DNA of 64,000 nt, taken from Candidatus Eiseniibacteriota bacterium (GTDB lineage Bacteria > Eisenbacteria > RBG-16-71-46). Under the pieces are notes generated by a model that saw only the letters and a program-made list of their open reading frames with translations, had not been told where the DNA came from and made no database searches. The translations under genes were made by a program, and so were the position numbers. Numbering within the stretch: the stretch's first letter is position 1; every line of letters starts with the position of its first letter. The DNA is taken from NCBI GenBank assembly GCA_963776245.1, contig CAVZLN010000003.1, positions 1,024,001-1,088,000 of the forward strand. Direction: 5' to 3'. Below, one piece after another: positions 47,200-58,299 of this stretch.

Positions 47200-47898
47200 A
47201 TGAGCCCGGGCCCGGCGCCCGACGATCCCGACGCGACGCTCGCCCGCGTGGCCGAGGGGCGCTACGCGATCGCCGTGGGCGGCGCGCCCTGCGGCGAGGA
47301 GCGCTGGCGCATCGGCGCCAACGCCGGCGGCATCGTCGCGACCGGGGAGCAGGTGCTCACGGCGCCCCATCCGTTCCCGAACACGCACGCGTGGCGCGCC
47401 ACGCTCACCCGCGAATGGCGCCCGGCGGCGCTCGCGATCGAATGGCGGGTGGGCGAACGGCTGCTGCGCGCCCGGCACGCGGCCGAGGGCGGGCGCTGGC
47501 GGGCGCGCATCGAGGTCGAAGGACAGGTGAAGCAGCAGGAGGGGGACTTCCCGGTCTACTGCGAGGTGGAGTACCCCTCGCACCTGTTCAACACCTTCAT
47601 CCTCGCGCGCCGCGCCTTCTCGGTCGGCGGCGAGCACGAGTTCCCGGTGCTGCGCATCGGTCCGCCGTGGATGGCGGTCGAGCCCGAGCGCATGCTGATC
47701 CGCTGCGTCGAGCAGGGCGCCTGGGCCGCCCCGTGGGGCACCGTACCCGCGAAGCGCTACCGGCTGAGCCTGCCGCCGCGCCCCGAGGCCGAGGGCTACA
47801 CGTTCTGGGCCGACGAGCACGACGTGGTGCTCGAGTCGTTCGAGGGCCCGGAGCCGGCGATCTCGTGGATGCGGCTGACGGACTACCACAGGGGGTGA
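47200..47898 (+). CDS. Hypothetical beta-rich protein (putative glycolipid-binding domain-like)
   Basis: Co-oriented with the operon, typical codon usage, YPSHLFNT and FWADEHDVV. The family call is tentative. Confidence 0.5.
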   Translation: MSPGPAPDDPDATLARVAEGRYAIAVGGAPCGEERWRIGANAGGIVATGEQVLTAPHPFPNTHAWRATLTREWRPAALAIEWRVGERLLRARHAAEGGRWRARIEVEGQVKQQEGDFPVYCEVEYPSHLFNTFILARRAFSVGGEHEFPVLRIGPPWMAVEPERMLIRCVEQGAWAAPWGTVPAKRYRLSLPPRPEAEGYTFWADEHDVVLESFEGPEPAISWMRLTDYHRG

Positions 47899-47969
47899 GA
47901 GGGACGGGCCCGCGACGCGCGACCGCCCTCCCGTCCACGCATCGCCCGGGCGCGCGCCCGAACGCGAAG

Positions 47970-48001
47970 CGGCGGGCCGGGTCTCGCGACCCGGCCCGCC
48001 G
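47970..48001 (-). terminator. Terminator hairpin downstream of pntB
   Basis: 14-bp stem CGGCGGGCCGGGTC-TCGC-GACCCGGCCCGCCG between convergent genes. Confidence 0.7.
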
Positions 48002-48025
48002 TTCTCCGATGTGCCGCGAGGCGGC

Positions 48026-49462
48026 CTACGCCGCGGCCTGCTGCTTGACCGCCTCCACCAGCTTGCCGATGGCGGACTTGGCGTCGCCGAAGAACATGTA
48101 GGTCTTCGGGTTGTAGTAGATCTCGTTGTCGATGCCGGCGAACCCCGGGTTGAGGCTGCGCTTCACGACGATGATGTTCGCCGCCTTGTCGGCATCCAGG
48201 ATGGGCATGCCGTAGATCGGGCTGGTCTTGTCGTAGCGGGCGGCCGGGTTCACCACGTCGTTGGCCCCGATCACCAGCGCCACGTCGCAGCGCTCGAACT
48301 CCGAGTTGATCTGCTCGAGATCGAACAGCTGCTCGTAGGGCACGTTGGCCTCGGCGAGCAGCACGTTCATGTGCCCGGGCATGCGGCCGGCGACCGGGTG
48401 CACCGCGTACTTCACGTCGACGCCCTTGGCCGTGAGCATGTCGGCCAGTTCGCGCGTGACGTGCTGCGCCTGCGCCACCGCCATGCCGTAGCCGGGGATG
48501 ACGATCAGCGACTGGATGTTCGCCAGCAGCATGGCGAGGTCGTCCGCCGAGATCTCGCGCGCGGTCTTGGCGGGACCGCCGCTGGCCGCGGGGCCGGGGG
48601 CCGCGACCGGGGCCGAGCCGACGCCGGCGAACAGCACGTTGGTGATCGAGCGGTTCATGGCCTTGCACATGAGCAGCGTGAGCAGCGTGCCCGACGCGCC
48701 CACCAGCGTTCCGCTGATGATCAGCGCCGGTTCCTTGAGCGAGAACCCGGTGGCCGCCACCGCGAGACCGGTGCACGAGTTGAGCAGCGAGATCACGACC
48801 GGCATGTCGGCGCCGCCGATCGGCAGCACCATGAGGATCGAGAACACCAGCGAGACGCCCAGCAGCGCGTAGAACGGCAGGTTGCCGCTGGCCATGCCGC
48901 TCCAGCCCACCACGCCGATCAGCGCCAGGAACACGATCACCGTGAACGCCTTCTGGATCACCGAGCTGATGGCGTGCTCCATGAAGCCGCTGAGCTTGCC
49001 GAACGCGACCAGCGAGCCCCAGAACGACAGCGAGCCGATCACGCCGCCGAACAGCGTGGCGCCGAACCCGAGCGGGTCCACCGGCTGCCCGGCGGACTTC
49101 GCGTTCATGAAGCTCGCGAACTCCACCGTGGAGATCAGCGCCGCGGCGCCGCCGCCGCAGCCGTTGAGCAGCGCCACCATCTGCGGCATGTCGGTCATCT
49201 TGACGTAGCGGGCCCCAAGCGTGCCGGCCAGGCCGCCGAGCGCGATGCCGACGATGATGAGCACGCCGGCGTTCGAGCCCTCCTTCAGCAGGCCGCCGCC
49301 CCAGATGAAGATGAACGACGCGACGATCGCGAACGCCATGCCGATCGCCGCCATCTGGTTGCCGCGCCGCGCGCGCGCGGGATGGCTGAGGAACTTGAGA
49401 CCGATGATGAACAGGATCGCGGAGGTCAGGTAGGCGATGTCGGAGAGCAGTTTCGGGTTCAT
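48026..49462 (-). CDS. pntB: NAD(P) transhydrogenase subunit beta
   Basis: MTDMPQMVALLNG.GG, GGADMPVVISLLNS, PGYGMAVAQAQH, HPVAGRMPGHMNVLLAEA. Confidence 0.96.
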   Translation of the reverse strand: MNPKLLSDIAYLTSAILFIIGLKFLSHPARARRGNQMAAIGMAFAIVASFIFIWGGGLLKEGSNAGVLIIVGIALGGLAGTLGARYVKMTDMPQMVALLNGCGGGAAALISTVEFASFMNAKSAGQPVDPLGFGATLFGGVIGSLSFWGSLVAFGKLSGFMEHAISSVIQKAFTVIVFLALIGVVGWSGMASGNLPFYALLGVSLVFSILMVLPIGGADMPVVISLLNSCTGLAVAATGFSLKEPALIISGTLVGASGTLLTLLMCKAMNRSITNVLFAGVGSAPVAAPGPAASGGPAKTAREISADDLAMLLANIQSLIVIPGYGMAVAQAQHVTRELADMLTAKGVDVKYAVHPVAGRMPGHMNVLLAEANVPYEQLFDLEQINSEFERCDVALVIGANDVVNPAARYDKTSPIYGMPILDADKAANIIVVKRSLNPGFAGIDNEIYYNPKTYMFFGDAKSAIGKLVEAVKQQAAA

Positions 49463-49767
49463 GCCTTCCTCCCCGCGGGCTTGCGGGTCTTGAACATCTC
49501 GAGCATGCGGTCGGTCACCACGAACCCGCCGAACAGGTTCATCGCGCCCAGCACCACCGCGGCGAACCCGAGCCACGTGAGCAGCGGCGTCTCGGCCTCG
49601 GCGAGCACCAGCATGCCGCCCAGCATGACGATCCCGTGGATGGCGTTGGTGCCCGACATGAGCGGGGTGTGCAGCTGGACCGGGACCTTGGAGATCACCT
49701 CGAAGCCCACGAACACCGCGAGCATGAAGATGTAGATCGAGTACAGGATCAACGCGCCTTCGTTCAT
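49459..49767 (-). CDS. pntAB: NAD(P) transhydrogenase subunit alpha part 2
   Basis: GFEVISKVP..LHTPLMSGTNAIHG, GGFVVTDRMLEMFK. Confidence 0.92.
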   Translation of the reverse strand: MNEGALILYSIYIFMLAVFVGFEVISKVPVQLHTPLMSGTNAIHGIVMLGGMLVLAEAETPLLTWLGFAAVVLGAMNLFGGFVVTDRMLEMFKTRKPAGRKA

Positions 49768-50916
49768 GACGCCTTCCCTGCGACCGCCGGCTCGGGAGTT
49801 CCCGTGCCGCCCGCGTGATGCAGGTGTCGCGGATGATGTCGTCCCCGAAATCGAGGTTGAGCTTGGCTTCCTTGTGACGATCAGCTTGAGCAGCGCGTGC
49901 ATGTTGCGCGAGTACATCTGGCTCGCGTGGAACGGCAGCGAGGCGGGCACGTTCACCGGGCCCATGAGCGTGACGCCGTACTTCACCACGGTCTCGCCGG
50001 CCACGGTCAGCTCGCAGTTGCCCCCGGTCTCGGCGGCGAGGTCCACGATCACCGAACCCGGCCTCATGGCCTTGACCATGGCCTCGGTGACCAGCACCGG
50101 CGCCTTCTTGCCGGGGATCGCCGCCGTCGTGATGACCACGTCCGACTTGGCGACGTGCGATGCCAGCAGGTCCTTGACGCGCTGCTGGTCCTCGGCCGAG
50201 AGCTCCTTGGCGTAGCCGCCCGCGGCGACCACGTCCTTCTCCGCCAGCTCCAGCTGGACGAACTTGCCGCCGAGGCTCTGCACCTCTTCCTTCACCGCCG
50301 GCCGGACGTCGTATGCCTCGACGACCGCGCCCAGTTTGCGGCAGGTCGCGAGGGCCTCCAGGCCGGCCACACCGGCACCGAGCACGAACACGTTCGCGGG
50401 CGCGATGGTACCGGCGGCGGTCATCTTGAGCGGGAAGAACTTGCCCAGCGCGCCCGCGCCCCACAGTGCCGCCTTGTAGCCGGCGACGCCCGCCATCGAG
50501 GACAGCGCGTCCATCGACTGGGCGCGCGAGGTGCGGGGGATCATCTCCATCGAGAACGCCGTGACCTTGCGCGCGGCCAGTCGCTGCACCGCCGCCGAGG
50601 CCTTGTCACGGCCCAGGAACGAGATGTAGACCGCGCCCTCGGGGACCAGGTCGGCTTCGTGCTTGCCCACCGCGGCGTTGTCCATCGGCTCGCGCACCTT
50701 GGCGACGACGTCGCAGCCCTGGTACGCGGCGGGGGCGCCCGGGGCGATGGTGGCTCCGGCCTGGCGGTAGGCTTCGTCGGTGAACCCCGCGGCCGCTCCG
50801 GCCCCGGTCTCGACGACCACTTCGAGCCCCGCCTTCACCAGGCGCCCCACGGTCTCGGGCACGAGGGCCACGCGGGTCTCGCGCGGCAGGATCTCCTTCG
50901 GCACACCGATGCGCAT
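49764..50916 (-). CDS. pntAA: NAD(P) transhydrogenase subunit alpha part 1 (two apparent single-base deletions near 49872 and 49812)
   Basis: MRIGVPKE..ETRVA, RAQSMDALSS, GAGVAGL, DLAAETGGNC. The tail KEAKLNLDFGDDIIRDTCIT is in a shifted frame, and the restored stop overlaps the pntAB ATG. Confidence 0.92.
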
Positions 50917-50987
50917 GAGTCACACTCGTCGATTCGGGTTGAGGGAACGTCTCTTGCTGTCGAGGGGGTGCTGGCCGCCGGCCATCT

Positions 50988-51003
50988 TGCACCAGTCGTG
51001 CCG
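50988..51003 (-). promoter_or_regulatory. Candidate sigma54 promoter for the pnt operon
   Basis: The minus strand reads CGGCACGACTGGTGCA (GG-N10-GC), about 70 nt upstream of pntAA. Confidence 0.5.
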
Positions 51004-51335
51004 TGGAGGTGAAGTGTGGAAGGTGCGCGCGGGGCTGGCGGCGCGGCGCCGGCGGGGTCGGGAAGGGGAGTGCTTCGGGAAGCCTATCGCCTGTCGCGAA
51101 GCGAACTTCCGTGGCGTCCGATGAGGTCGTTGGCGGCCTCGACGCGGGTGCGCGATGCGCGGAGGTCGAGCAGGGTGCGCGCGGGGTGGATGGGCTGCCG
51201 GGGACCCTCCTGCCTTTGTGTCAGACTCGCGCACGGGATGTCAGGTCCACCGGCGCGCGCGCGGCGGTTCTGATAACGTCCGCAGCCACTTCGCATCTCT
51301 GGGCACACGGTCGCTTTCGAGGAGGTTGGGCAGCG

Positions 51336-52580
51336 ATGGCAGGCACGGCCGAACGCATCCGCATGAAGAACCCGCTGGTCGAGATGGACGGCGACGAGAT
51401 GACCCGCGTCATCTGGACCCTGGTGAAGCAGCACCTGCTCGAGCCGTTCGTCGAGCTGAAGCTCGAGCCGTACGACCTCTACCTGCCGAACCGCGACGCC
51501 ACCGACGACGCGGTCACCTCCCGGGCGGCCGAGGCCATCCGCAAGCACCGCGTCGGCGTCAAGTGCGCCACCATCACGCCCGATGCCGCGCGCGTGAAGG
51601 AGTACAACCTCAAGAAGGCCTGGCCGAGCCCCAACGGCACCATCCGCGCCATCCTCGACGGCACCGTGTTCCGCAAGCCGATCGTGGTGAGCAACGTGCC
51701 GCCGATGGTGCGCTCGTGGAAGAAGCCCATCACCATCGGCCGCCACGCCTACGGCGACGTGTATCGCGACGTCGAGCTCAAGGTGCCGGGCCCCGGGCAC
51801 GTCGAGATGCGCTACCTGCCGGCCGACGGCAGCCCGGGCCAGAACGTGACGGTGTTCGACTTCACCGGCCCCGGCATCATCATGGGCCAGCACAACACCG
51901 AGAAGTCGATCCGCTCGTTCGCGCGCGCCTGCGTCGAGTACGCGCTGGCCGAGCGCATCGACATGTGGTTCGCCGCCAAGGACACGATCAGCAAGATCTA
52001 CCACGCGCGCTTCAAGGAGATCTTCCGCGAGGAGGTCGACGCACGGAAGGCCGACCTCGAACGGGCTGGCGTCACCTATCAGTACCTGCTCATCGACGAC
52101 GCGGTCGCGCGCGTCATGCGCCACGAGGGCGGGTTCCTGTGGGCGTGCCGCAACTACGACGGCGACGTGATGAGCGACATGCTGGCCTCGGGCTACGGCA
52201 GTCTCGGGCTGATGACCTCGGTGCTGGTCTCGCCGGAGGGCAACTTCGAGTACGAGGCCGCGCACGGCACGGTGCAGCGCCACTACTACCAGCACCAGAA
52301 GGGCGAGAAGACCTCGACCAACTCCACCGCCACGATCTTCGCGTGGTCGGGCGCGCTGGGGAAGCGCGGCGAGCTCGACGGCACCCCGGAGCTCACGCGG
52401 TTCGCGAAGCACCTCGAGTCCGCGGTGATCGAGACCATCGAGGCGGGGCGGGTCACCAAGGACCTCGCGCTCATCGCCGAGCCCCGGCCGTCCGGCTGGC
52501 TGGACACCGAGGGCTTCATCACCGCGATCGCCGAGCGGCTGAGGGCGCGGGTGGCCCCGTCGGCCGCGAGCGCGCGGTAG
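51336..52580 (+). CDS. icd: NADP-dependent isocitrate dehydrogenase (type II, eukaryote-like)
   Basis: [52 protein letters not shown]. Confidence 0.96.
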   Translation: MAGTAERIRMKNPLVEMDGDEMTRVIWTLVKQHLLEPFVELKLEPYDLYLPNRDATDDAVTSRAAEAIRKHRVGVKCATITPDAARVKEYNLKKAWPSPNGTIRAILDGTVFRKPIVVSNVPPMVRSWKKPITIGRHAYGDVYRDVELKVPGPGHVEMRYLPADGSPGQNVTVFDFTGPGIIMGQHNTEKSIRSFARACVEYALAERIDMWFAAKDTISKIYHARFKEIFREEVDARKADLERAGVTYQYLLIDDAVARVMRHEGGFLWACRNYDGDVMSDMLASGYGSLGLMTSVLVSPEGNFEYEAAHGTVQRHYYQHQKGEKTSTNSTATIFAWSGALGKRGELDGTPELTRFAKHLESAVIETIEAGRVTKDLALIAEPRPSGWLDTEGFITAIAERLRARVAPSAASAR

Positions 52581-52596
52581 CGGCGCCAAGGCGCTT

Positions 52597-53652
52597 ATGA
52601 AGATCCTCGTCCTCGGCGGCGGCCAGCAGGGGCGCGTCATCGCGGCCGACCTGGCCCGCGCGCTGCCCGCCGCCACGATCGACGTGGCCGACGTGCGCGA
52701 CCCGCGCCTGCCGGCGCTCCCCAACCTGCGCTTCGTCGAGGCCGACGGCGGCGATGTCGAAGGCGTCGCGCGCCTGATGCGAGGGCACGACCTCGCGGTG
52801 GGCGCGCTGCCCGCGCGCCTCGGCTATGGCGTGATGCAGGCCGCGATCGCGGCGCGGCGGCCGCTGGTGGACGTCTCGTTCTGCGAGCAGGACCCGCTCA
52901 CGCTCGACGTCGCGGCGCGCGCCGCCGGCGTCGCCATCCTGCCCGATGCCGGACTGGCCCCTGGGCTGTCGCACCTGTCGGTGGGCCACGCGGTCGCGGC
53001 GGGCACGCCCGACGAGGTCCTCATCATGGTCGGGGGTGTCGCCGCGGACCGCGCGGCGCCCTACGGCTACGTCGTGACGTGGTCGATCGAGGACCTGCTG
53101 GCCGAGTACACGCGGCCCGCGCGGGTGGTGATCGACGGCTCCCCCGCCACCATCCCCGTCTTCAGCGGGCTCACCGCGGTCGAGGTCGCGGGCGTCGGCA
53201 CCCTGGAGGCGTTCTACAGCGACGGGTTGCGCACCCTGGTCGAGACCGTGCCCGGCGTCCGTACCATGGGCGAGATGACGCTGCGCTGGCCGGGCCACGT
53301 CGCCGCCATCCAGCCGCTGCTGGCCGCCGGCACGCTGGTCGAGACCCTGCGGTCGCGCTGCGTGGCCGAGCCGGCGCTTGACCTGGTGGCGCTCGTCGTG
53401 CGGGTGCGCCGTGGGCCGCGCACGCGCACCCTCACGCTGGTGGACCGCTACGACCCGACGAGCGGGCTCACCGCGATGGCGCGCACCACCGCGCTCACCA
53501 CGTCGGTGACCGCGCAGCTGGTGGCGGCGGGGCTGGTGCGAACGCGCGGCGTGCTGCCGCTCGAGCGCGTCGGCGGGGACCCGGCGGTGTGGGCGTTCAT
53601 GACCGCGGGACTCGCCGCCCGGGGCGTCCGGCTGGCGTGGGAAGAGTCGTGA
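52597..53652 (+). CDS. Saccharopine dehydrogenase / lysine 6-dehydrogenase family protein
   Basis: ILVLGGG, DAGLAPG, TWSIEDLLAEY.RP, EAFYSDGLRT, TLRWPGH, AMARTT. Confidence 0.85.
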   Translation: MKILVLGGGQQGRVIAADLARALPAATIDVADVRDPRLPALPNLRFVEADGGDVEGVARLMRGHDLAVGALPARLGYGVMQAAIAARRPLVDVSFCEQDPLTLDVAARAAGVAILPDAGLAPGLSHLSVGHAVAAGTPDEVLIMVGGVAADRAAPYGYVVTWSIEDLLAEYTRPARVVIDGSPATIPVFSGLTAVEVAGVGTLEAFYSDGLRTLVETVPGVRTMGEMTLRWPGHVAAIQPLLAAGTLVETLRSRCVAEPALDLVALVVRVRRGPRTRTLTLVDRYDPTSGLTAMARTTALTTSVTAQLVAAGLVRTRGVLPLERVGGDPAVWAFMTAGLAARGVRLAWEES

Positions 53653-53656
53653 GCGC

Positions 53657-54862
53657 GTGAGCGTGAACGGCCTGCTCGGGATCCAGGTCCGCGAGGGGCA
53701 CCCCGATTTCCTCGACCTGCCGTGGGACCGGGCGCTCGGCGCCTGGCCCGGCGCGTGCGACCGCCTGGTCGAGGTGGAGCGCGGCCGGTCGCGCCACGAG
53801 GTGCGGTTCGTGGGCTACCGGCAGGGCGTGTACGCGCTCAAGGAGCTGCCGACCGGAGTGGCCGAGCGCGAGTACGACGCGCTGCGCGCGCTCGAGGACC
53901 GCGAGCTGCCGGCGGTCCGCGCGGTCGCGCACGCGCGGGCGCGCCACGCCCCGGGGCTCGAGGGCGAGACCAGCGTGCTCGTGACACGCTACCTCGACGA
54001 CTCGGTGCCCTACCGCACGCTGTTCGTGCAGCAGGGTATGGAGCGCTATCGCCAACGCCTGCTCGACGCGGTGGCGAGCCTGCTCGTGAAGCTCCACCTG
54101 GGCGGCGTCTACTGGGGCGACTGCTCGCTCTCGAACACCCTGTTCCGCCGCGACGCGGGCGAGCTGCAGACCACGCTGGTGGACGCCGAGACCGCCGAGA
54201 CGCACGAGGGCCTCTCCGAAGGCCAGCGCCGCCAGGACCTGGCGATCATGGAGGCGAACATGGGCGGCGAGCTCGCCGACCTCGCGGCCCTGGTCGAACT
54301 GCCGCCCGGGCTCGCCTCGTCGGACACCGGCGCGAACATCCGCCAGCGCTACGAACGCCTGTGGAGCGAGATCACGCGCGCCGAGCTGATCGCGCCGGCC
54401 GACCGGTGGCGCATCCCCGCGCGCATCCGCGCGCTCAACGACCTCGGCTTCTCGGTGAGCGAGGTCGAGCTGGTGGCGACCGGCGAGGTGGACCGGCTGC
54501 GCATGCGCCCCATCGTCACCGATCGCGACTACCACCGCCGCACGCTCCACAGCCTCACCGGCATCGTCGCCGCCGACCGGCAGGCCGCCCTGATGCTCAA
54601 CGAGGTGCGCGAACGGCGCGCCACGCTGGCGCGCGAACGCGGGCAGAACGTGCCCACCAGCGTGGCCGCGTTCCACTGGCGGGAGCACGACTTCGAGCCC
54701 GCCCTCGCGCGCCTGGCGCCCGCGCTCGAGGCGGTGGGCGACCCGGCGGAGCTCTACTGCCAGATGCTGGAGCACAAGTGGTACCTGTCGGAGCGCGCCC
54801 AGCGCGACGTCGGCCTGGACTTCGCGATCGGCGACTACCTGGAGCGCTTCCAGGGGGTGTGA
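53657..54862 (+). CDS. DUF4032 domain protein (LPS kinase-like N-terminal region)
   Basis: HPDFLDLPW, SRHEVRFV, YWGDCSLSNTLFRRDAG, LVDAET, LEHKWYLSE. Confidence 0.88.
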   Translation: MSVNGLLGIQVREGHPDFLDLPWDRALGAWPGACDRLVEVERGRSRHEVRFVGYRQGVYALKELPTGVAEREYDALRALEDRELPAVRAVAHARARHAPGLEGETSVLVTRYLDDSVPYRTLFVQQGMERYRQRLLDAVASLLVKLHLGGVYWGDCSLSNTLFRRDAGELQTTLVDAETAETHEGLSEGQRRQDLAIMEANMGGELADLAALVELPPGLASSDTGANIRQRYERLWSEITRAELIAPADRWRIPARIRALNDLGFSVSEVELVATGEVDRLRMRPIVTDRDYHRRTLHSLTGIVAADRQAALMLNEVRERRATLARERGQNVPTSVAAFHWREHDFEPALARLAPALEAVGDPAELYCQMLEHKWYLSERAQRDVGLDFAIGDYLERFQGV

Positions 54863-55000
54863 GCGCCCGCCCGGGCGACCCACCATCGTCGCGAGGGGCC
54901 CCCTGCCGGGCCGGCGGGCCGGGCGCGTCCCCGGACGGGCCAGCGGCGCCAGGGCCGCCATCGCCCGCCCATCAAGGTGCCGGACGACGGAGCCTTCGAC

Positions 55001-55029
55001 TTCACTAACTCGCATGAATCTGTTAGGTT
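55001..55029 (+). promoter_or_regulatory. Sigma70 promoter of the merR-suf operon
   Basis: TTCACT-N17-TAGGTT with extended TG, in an AT-rich patch. Confidence 0.6.
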
Positions 55030-55064
55030 CTGGTCGCAATCTAACGCTAGCGTGAGGGTACGAC

Positions 55065-55619
55065 TTGGTGACTGACACGAACGGCAAGACGCAGCTCCTG
55101 AAGGTGGGGGACCTGGCGCGGGCCACCGGCAAGACGGTCCGGGCGATCCACCTGTACGAGGAGCTCGGGCTGCTCCAGCCCGCGACCCGGTCCAGCGGCG
55201 GATTCCGCCTCTACGATCCGGTGGCGGCGGAGCGCGTGCGTTGGATCGACCTGCTCCACGGGCTCGGCTTCTCGCTCCAGGAGATGCGGCGGCTGCTCCG
55301 ATCGTGGTGGGCCGCCGATCTCGGCCCCGAGGCCATGGGCGAGCTGCGAGCGCTGTTCACCCGGAAGCTCGAGGCGACGCGCGAGTCACTGTTGCGCTTC
55401 GAACAGCTCGAGCGCGAACTGGTCGAGGGCCTGTCGTACCTCGAGACCTGCCGGGAGTGCGCGTCGCCCTCGACCGTGCGCGCCTGCCTGAAGTGCGGCC
55501 TCGATCACGGGACCGCCACCGAGCCCGCGCTGCTGGCGGGCCTGAAGTCCGCTCCCGACGCGGGGCGCAAGTCGCCCCGCAGCGGGTTCGTCCGCGTCGA
55601 TGACATCTCGAGCGAGTGA
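55065..55619 (+). CDS. MerR family transcriptional regulator with C-terminal CxxC-x8-CxxC
   Basis: LKVGDLARATGKTVRAIHLYEELGLL.P..RSSGGFRLY, LGFSLQEM, CRECASPSTVRACLKC. Confidence 0.9.
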   Translation: MVTDTNGKTQLLKVGDLARATGKTVRAIHLYEELGLLQPATRSSGGFRLYDPVAAERVRWIDLLHGLGFSLQEMRRLLRSWWAADLGPEAMGELRALFTRKLEATRESLLRFEQLERELVEGLSYLETCRECASPSTVRACLKCGLDHGTATEPALLAGLKSAPDAGRKSPRSGFVRVDDISSE

Positions 55620-55620
55620 C

Positions 55621-55986
55621 ATGGATCTTCCCATCGTCGGCACCGATACCCCCGCGTCCCTGGAGGACGTCGTCCGATTCACTCCGCTCGCCGCCGAGAA
55701 GGCGCGCGAGATGCTCGCGCAGCACGGCGCGCCGGCCCTGCGGCTCGGGGTCCGCGGCGGCGGGTGTTCGGGCAACTCCTACGTGATGGAGTACTGCCAG
55801 CAGGAGGGCGAGGGCGACCTCATCATCGCGAGCCACGGCGTCCGGCTGGTGGTGGACCGCAAGAGCGCGGTGCTCCTGACCGGCACCGAGATCGACTACG
55901 TGAACGGCCTGATGGGCTCCGGTTTCAAGTTCAACAACCCTCACGTGCGCCACTCGTGCTCGTGCGGGGAATCCTTCTCGGTCTGA
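55621..55986 (+). CDS. sufA: A-type Fe-S carrier (IscA/SufA/HesB)
   Basis: [14 protein letters not shown] and GFKFNNP....CSCGESF. Confidence 0.9.
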   Translation: MDLPIVGTDTPASLEDVVRFTPLAAEKAREMLAQHGAPALRLGVRGGGCSGNSYVMEYCQQEGEGDLIIASHGVRLVVDRKSAVLLTGTEIDYVNGLMGSGFKFNNPHVRHSCSCGESFSV

Positions 55987-56086
55987 CCCCGGGATCCGAC
56001 ATCCACGGGGCGACGTCCGCCGCGCACGACGCGGCGCTCACGCGCCCCTGAACCGCCGCTCGAACGCGGCAGCGAGAACTTCCACC

Positions 56087-56893
56087 ATGAGCCAGACTCC
56101 CGAACTCGCCGTCCACGACCTGCATGTCGCGGTGGAGGGCAAGGAGATCCTCAAGGGCCTCCACCTCGAGGTCCGCAAGGGCGAGGTCCACGCCATCATG
56201 GGCCCGAACGGCTCGGGCAAGAGCACGTTCGCGAACACGCTCATGGGCCACCCGAAGTACGAGGTGACGTCCGGCGACATCCTCTACAAGGGCGCCAGCA
56301 TCCTCGAGCTCAAGACCGACGAGCGCTCGCGCGCCGGGCTGTTCATGGCGTTCCAGTACCCGGTCGCCATCCCCGGCCTGACGATGGCGTCGTTCCTGCG
56401 CGCCGCGCTCAACGCGCGCCTCGCTCCGCCGGCGGCCGAGGACGGCTCGATGCCCCGGAAGCGCGGCATCTCGCCCAAGGACTTCCGCGACCTCCTGCGC
56501 GAGAAGATGGCGGTGCTCAAGATGGACGAGTCGTTCGCCACCCGCTACCTGAACGACGGCTTCTCGGGTGGCGAGAAGAAGCGCGCCGAGATCCTGCAGA
56601 TGGCGCTGCTCAAGCCCGAGATCGCGATCATGGACGAGACCGATTCCGGCCTCGACATCGACGCGCTGCGCGTGGTGTCCGAGGGCGTCAACGCGCTCAG
56701 CGGCCCCGACCTGGGCGTGATCGTGATCACCCACTACAACCGCATCCTGAACTACATCAAGCCCGACCACGTGCACGTCATGGTCGACGGCCGCATCCAG
56801 GCATCGGGCGGCGCCGAGATGGCGCTCACGCTCGAGGACCGGGGCTACGACTGGGTGCGCGAGGGGAACGGCAAGGAGGTCGCGGCGCGATGA
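56087..56893 (+). CDS. sufC: Fe-S cluster assembly ATPase
   Basis: [44 protein letters not shown]. Confidence 0.97.
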   Translation: MSQTPELAVHDLHVAVEGKEILKGLHLEVRKGEVHAIMGPNGSGKSTFANTLMGHPKYEVTSGDILYKGASILELKTDERSRAGLFMAFQYPVAIPGLTMASFLRAALNARLAPPAAEDGSMPRKRGISPKDFRDLLREKMAVLKMDESFATRYLNDGFSGGEKKRAEILQMALLKPEIAIMDETDSGLDIDALRVVSEGVNALSGPDLGVIVITHYNRILNYIKPDHVHVMVDGRIQASGGAEMALTLEDRGYDWVREGNGKEVAAR

Positions 56894-58299
56894 GCACCGA
56901 ACCGCAGCTCGACCTGAACGATTCCTACGAAGTGAAGTACGGCTTCCACGACACCGAGCAGTCGGTGTTCAAGTCGCGCAAGGGCCTCGACGCCGAGATC
57001 GTCGCGCAGATCTCCGATCTCAAGGGCGAGCCGAAGTGGATGCGGGACTACCGGCTCAAGGCGTTCGAGATCTTCCAGCAGAAGCCGATGCCCACGTGGG
57101 GCGGCGACGTCGGCGCGATCGACTTCCAGGACATCTACTACTACGTGAAGCCGACCTCCGAGGAGGCGAAGTCCTGGGACGACGTGCCCGCGGACATGAA
57201 GCGCACGTTCGACAAGCTCGGCATCCCCGAGGCCGAGCAGAAGTTCCTCTCGGGCGTGGGGGCGCAGTACGACTCCGAGGTCGTCTACCACAAGATCAAG
57301 GAGAACCTCGAGAAGCAGGGCGTGCTGTTCCTGTCGTGCGACCACGGGCTCCAGCAGCACGAGGAGCTGTTCAAGCAGTACTTCGGCACCGTGATCCCGG
57401 CGAACGACAACAAGTTCTCGGCGCTCAACTCGGCGGTGTGGTCGGGCGGCTCGTTCATCTACGTGCCCAAGGGCGTGCACGTGGACGTGCCGCTGCAGGC
57501 GTACTTCCGGATCAACACGCGCGACATGGGGCAGTTCGAGCGCACCCTCATCATCGTGGACGAGGGCGCGTACGTGCACTACGTCGAGGGGTGCACCGCG
57601 CCGACCTACTCGAGCGACTCGCTCCATTCCGCGGTGGTCGAGATCATCGTGAAGCCGGGCGGCCGCTGCCGCTACACCACCATCCAGAACTGGTCGAGCA
57701 ACGTCTACAACCTCGTCACCAAGCGCGCGCTCGCCTACCGCGACGCCACCATGGAGTGGGTCGACGGGAATCTCGGGTCCAAGCTCACGATGAAGTATCC
57801 CGCGGTGTGGATGATGGAGCCGGGCGCGCACGGGGAGATCCTCTCGATCGCGTTCGCCGGCAAGGGCCAGCACCAGGACGCCGGCGCGAAGGTGGTGCAT
57901 CTGGCGCCCGACACCTCGAGCAAGATCGTCTCCAAGTCCATCAGCAAGGATGGCGGCCGCGCGGGCTATCGCGGGCTGGTGAAGGTGGCGAAGGGCGCGG
58001 TGAACTCGCGCAGCACGGTGAACTGCGACGCGCTGATCCTCGACGAGCAGTCGCGCTCGGACACCTATCCCACGATGGAGATCGAGGAGGACCGGGTCAC
58101 CATCGGGCACGAGGCGACGGTGTCCAAGATCGGCGACGAGCAGCTGTTCTACCTGATGGCGCGCGGGATCTCCGCCGAGGAGGCCGCCGCGATGATCGTC
58201 GCGGGCTTCATCGAGCCGGTGGTGAAGGAGCTGCCGATGGAATACGCGGTGGAGATGAACCGCCTGATCCAGCTGCAGATGGAGGGCTCGGTCGGATGA
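56890..58299 (+). CDS. sufB: Fe-S cluster assembly protein
   Basis: [58 protein letters not shown]. Confidence 0.97.
   Translation: MSTEPQLDLNDSYEVKYGFHDTEQSVFKSRKGLDAEIVAQISDLKGEPKWMRDYRLKAFEIFQQKPMPTWGGDVGAIDFQDIYYYVKPTSEEAKSWDDVPADMKRTFDKLGIPEAEQKFLSGVGAQYDSEVVYHKIKENLEKQGVLFLSCDHGLQQHEELFKQYFGTVIPANDNKFSALNSAVWSGGSFIYVPKGVHVDVPLQAYFRINTRDMGQFERTLIIVDEGAYVHYVEGCTAPTYSSDSLHSAVVEIIVKPGGRCRYTTIQNWSSNVYNLVTKRALAYRDATMEWVDGNLGSKLTMKYPAVWMMEPGAHGEILSIAFAGKGQHQDAGAKVVHLAPDTSSKIVSKSISKDGGRAGYRGLVKVAKGAVNSRSTVNCDALILDEQSRSDTYPTMEIEEDRVTIGHEATVSKIGDEQLFYLMARGISAEEAAAMIVAGFIEPVVKELPMEYAVEMNRLIQLQMEGSVG

Noticed and set aside
49459..50916. Apparent single fused PntA ORF (485 aa), and an 812-aa ORF extending pntB upstream
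   Set aside because: The junction peptide is out of frame. The conserved alpha-1 tail lies in another frame, and two indels restore separate pntAA, pntAB and pntB genes with ATGA overlaps.
51215..51233. Rex operator between pnt and icd
   Set aside because: TTGTGTCAGACTCGCGCA matches only part of one half-site of TTGTGAA-N4-TTCACAA.
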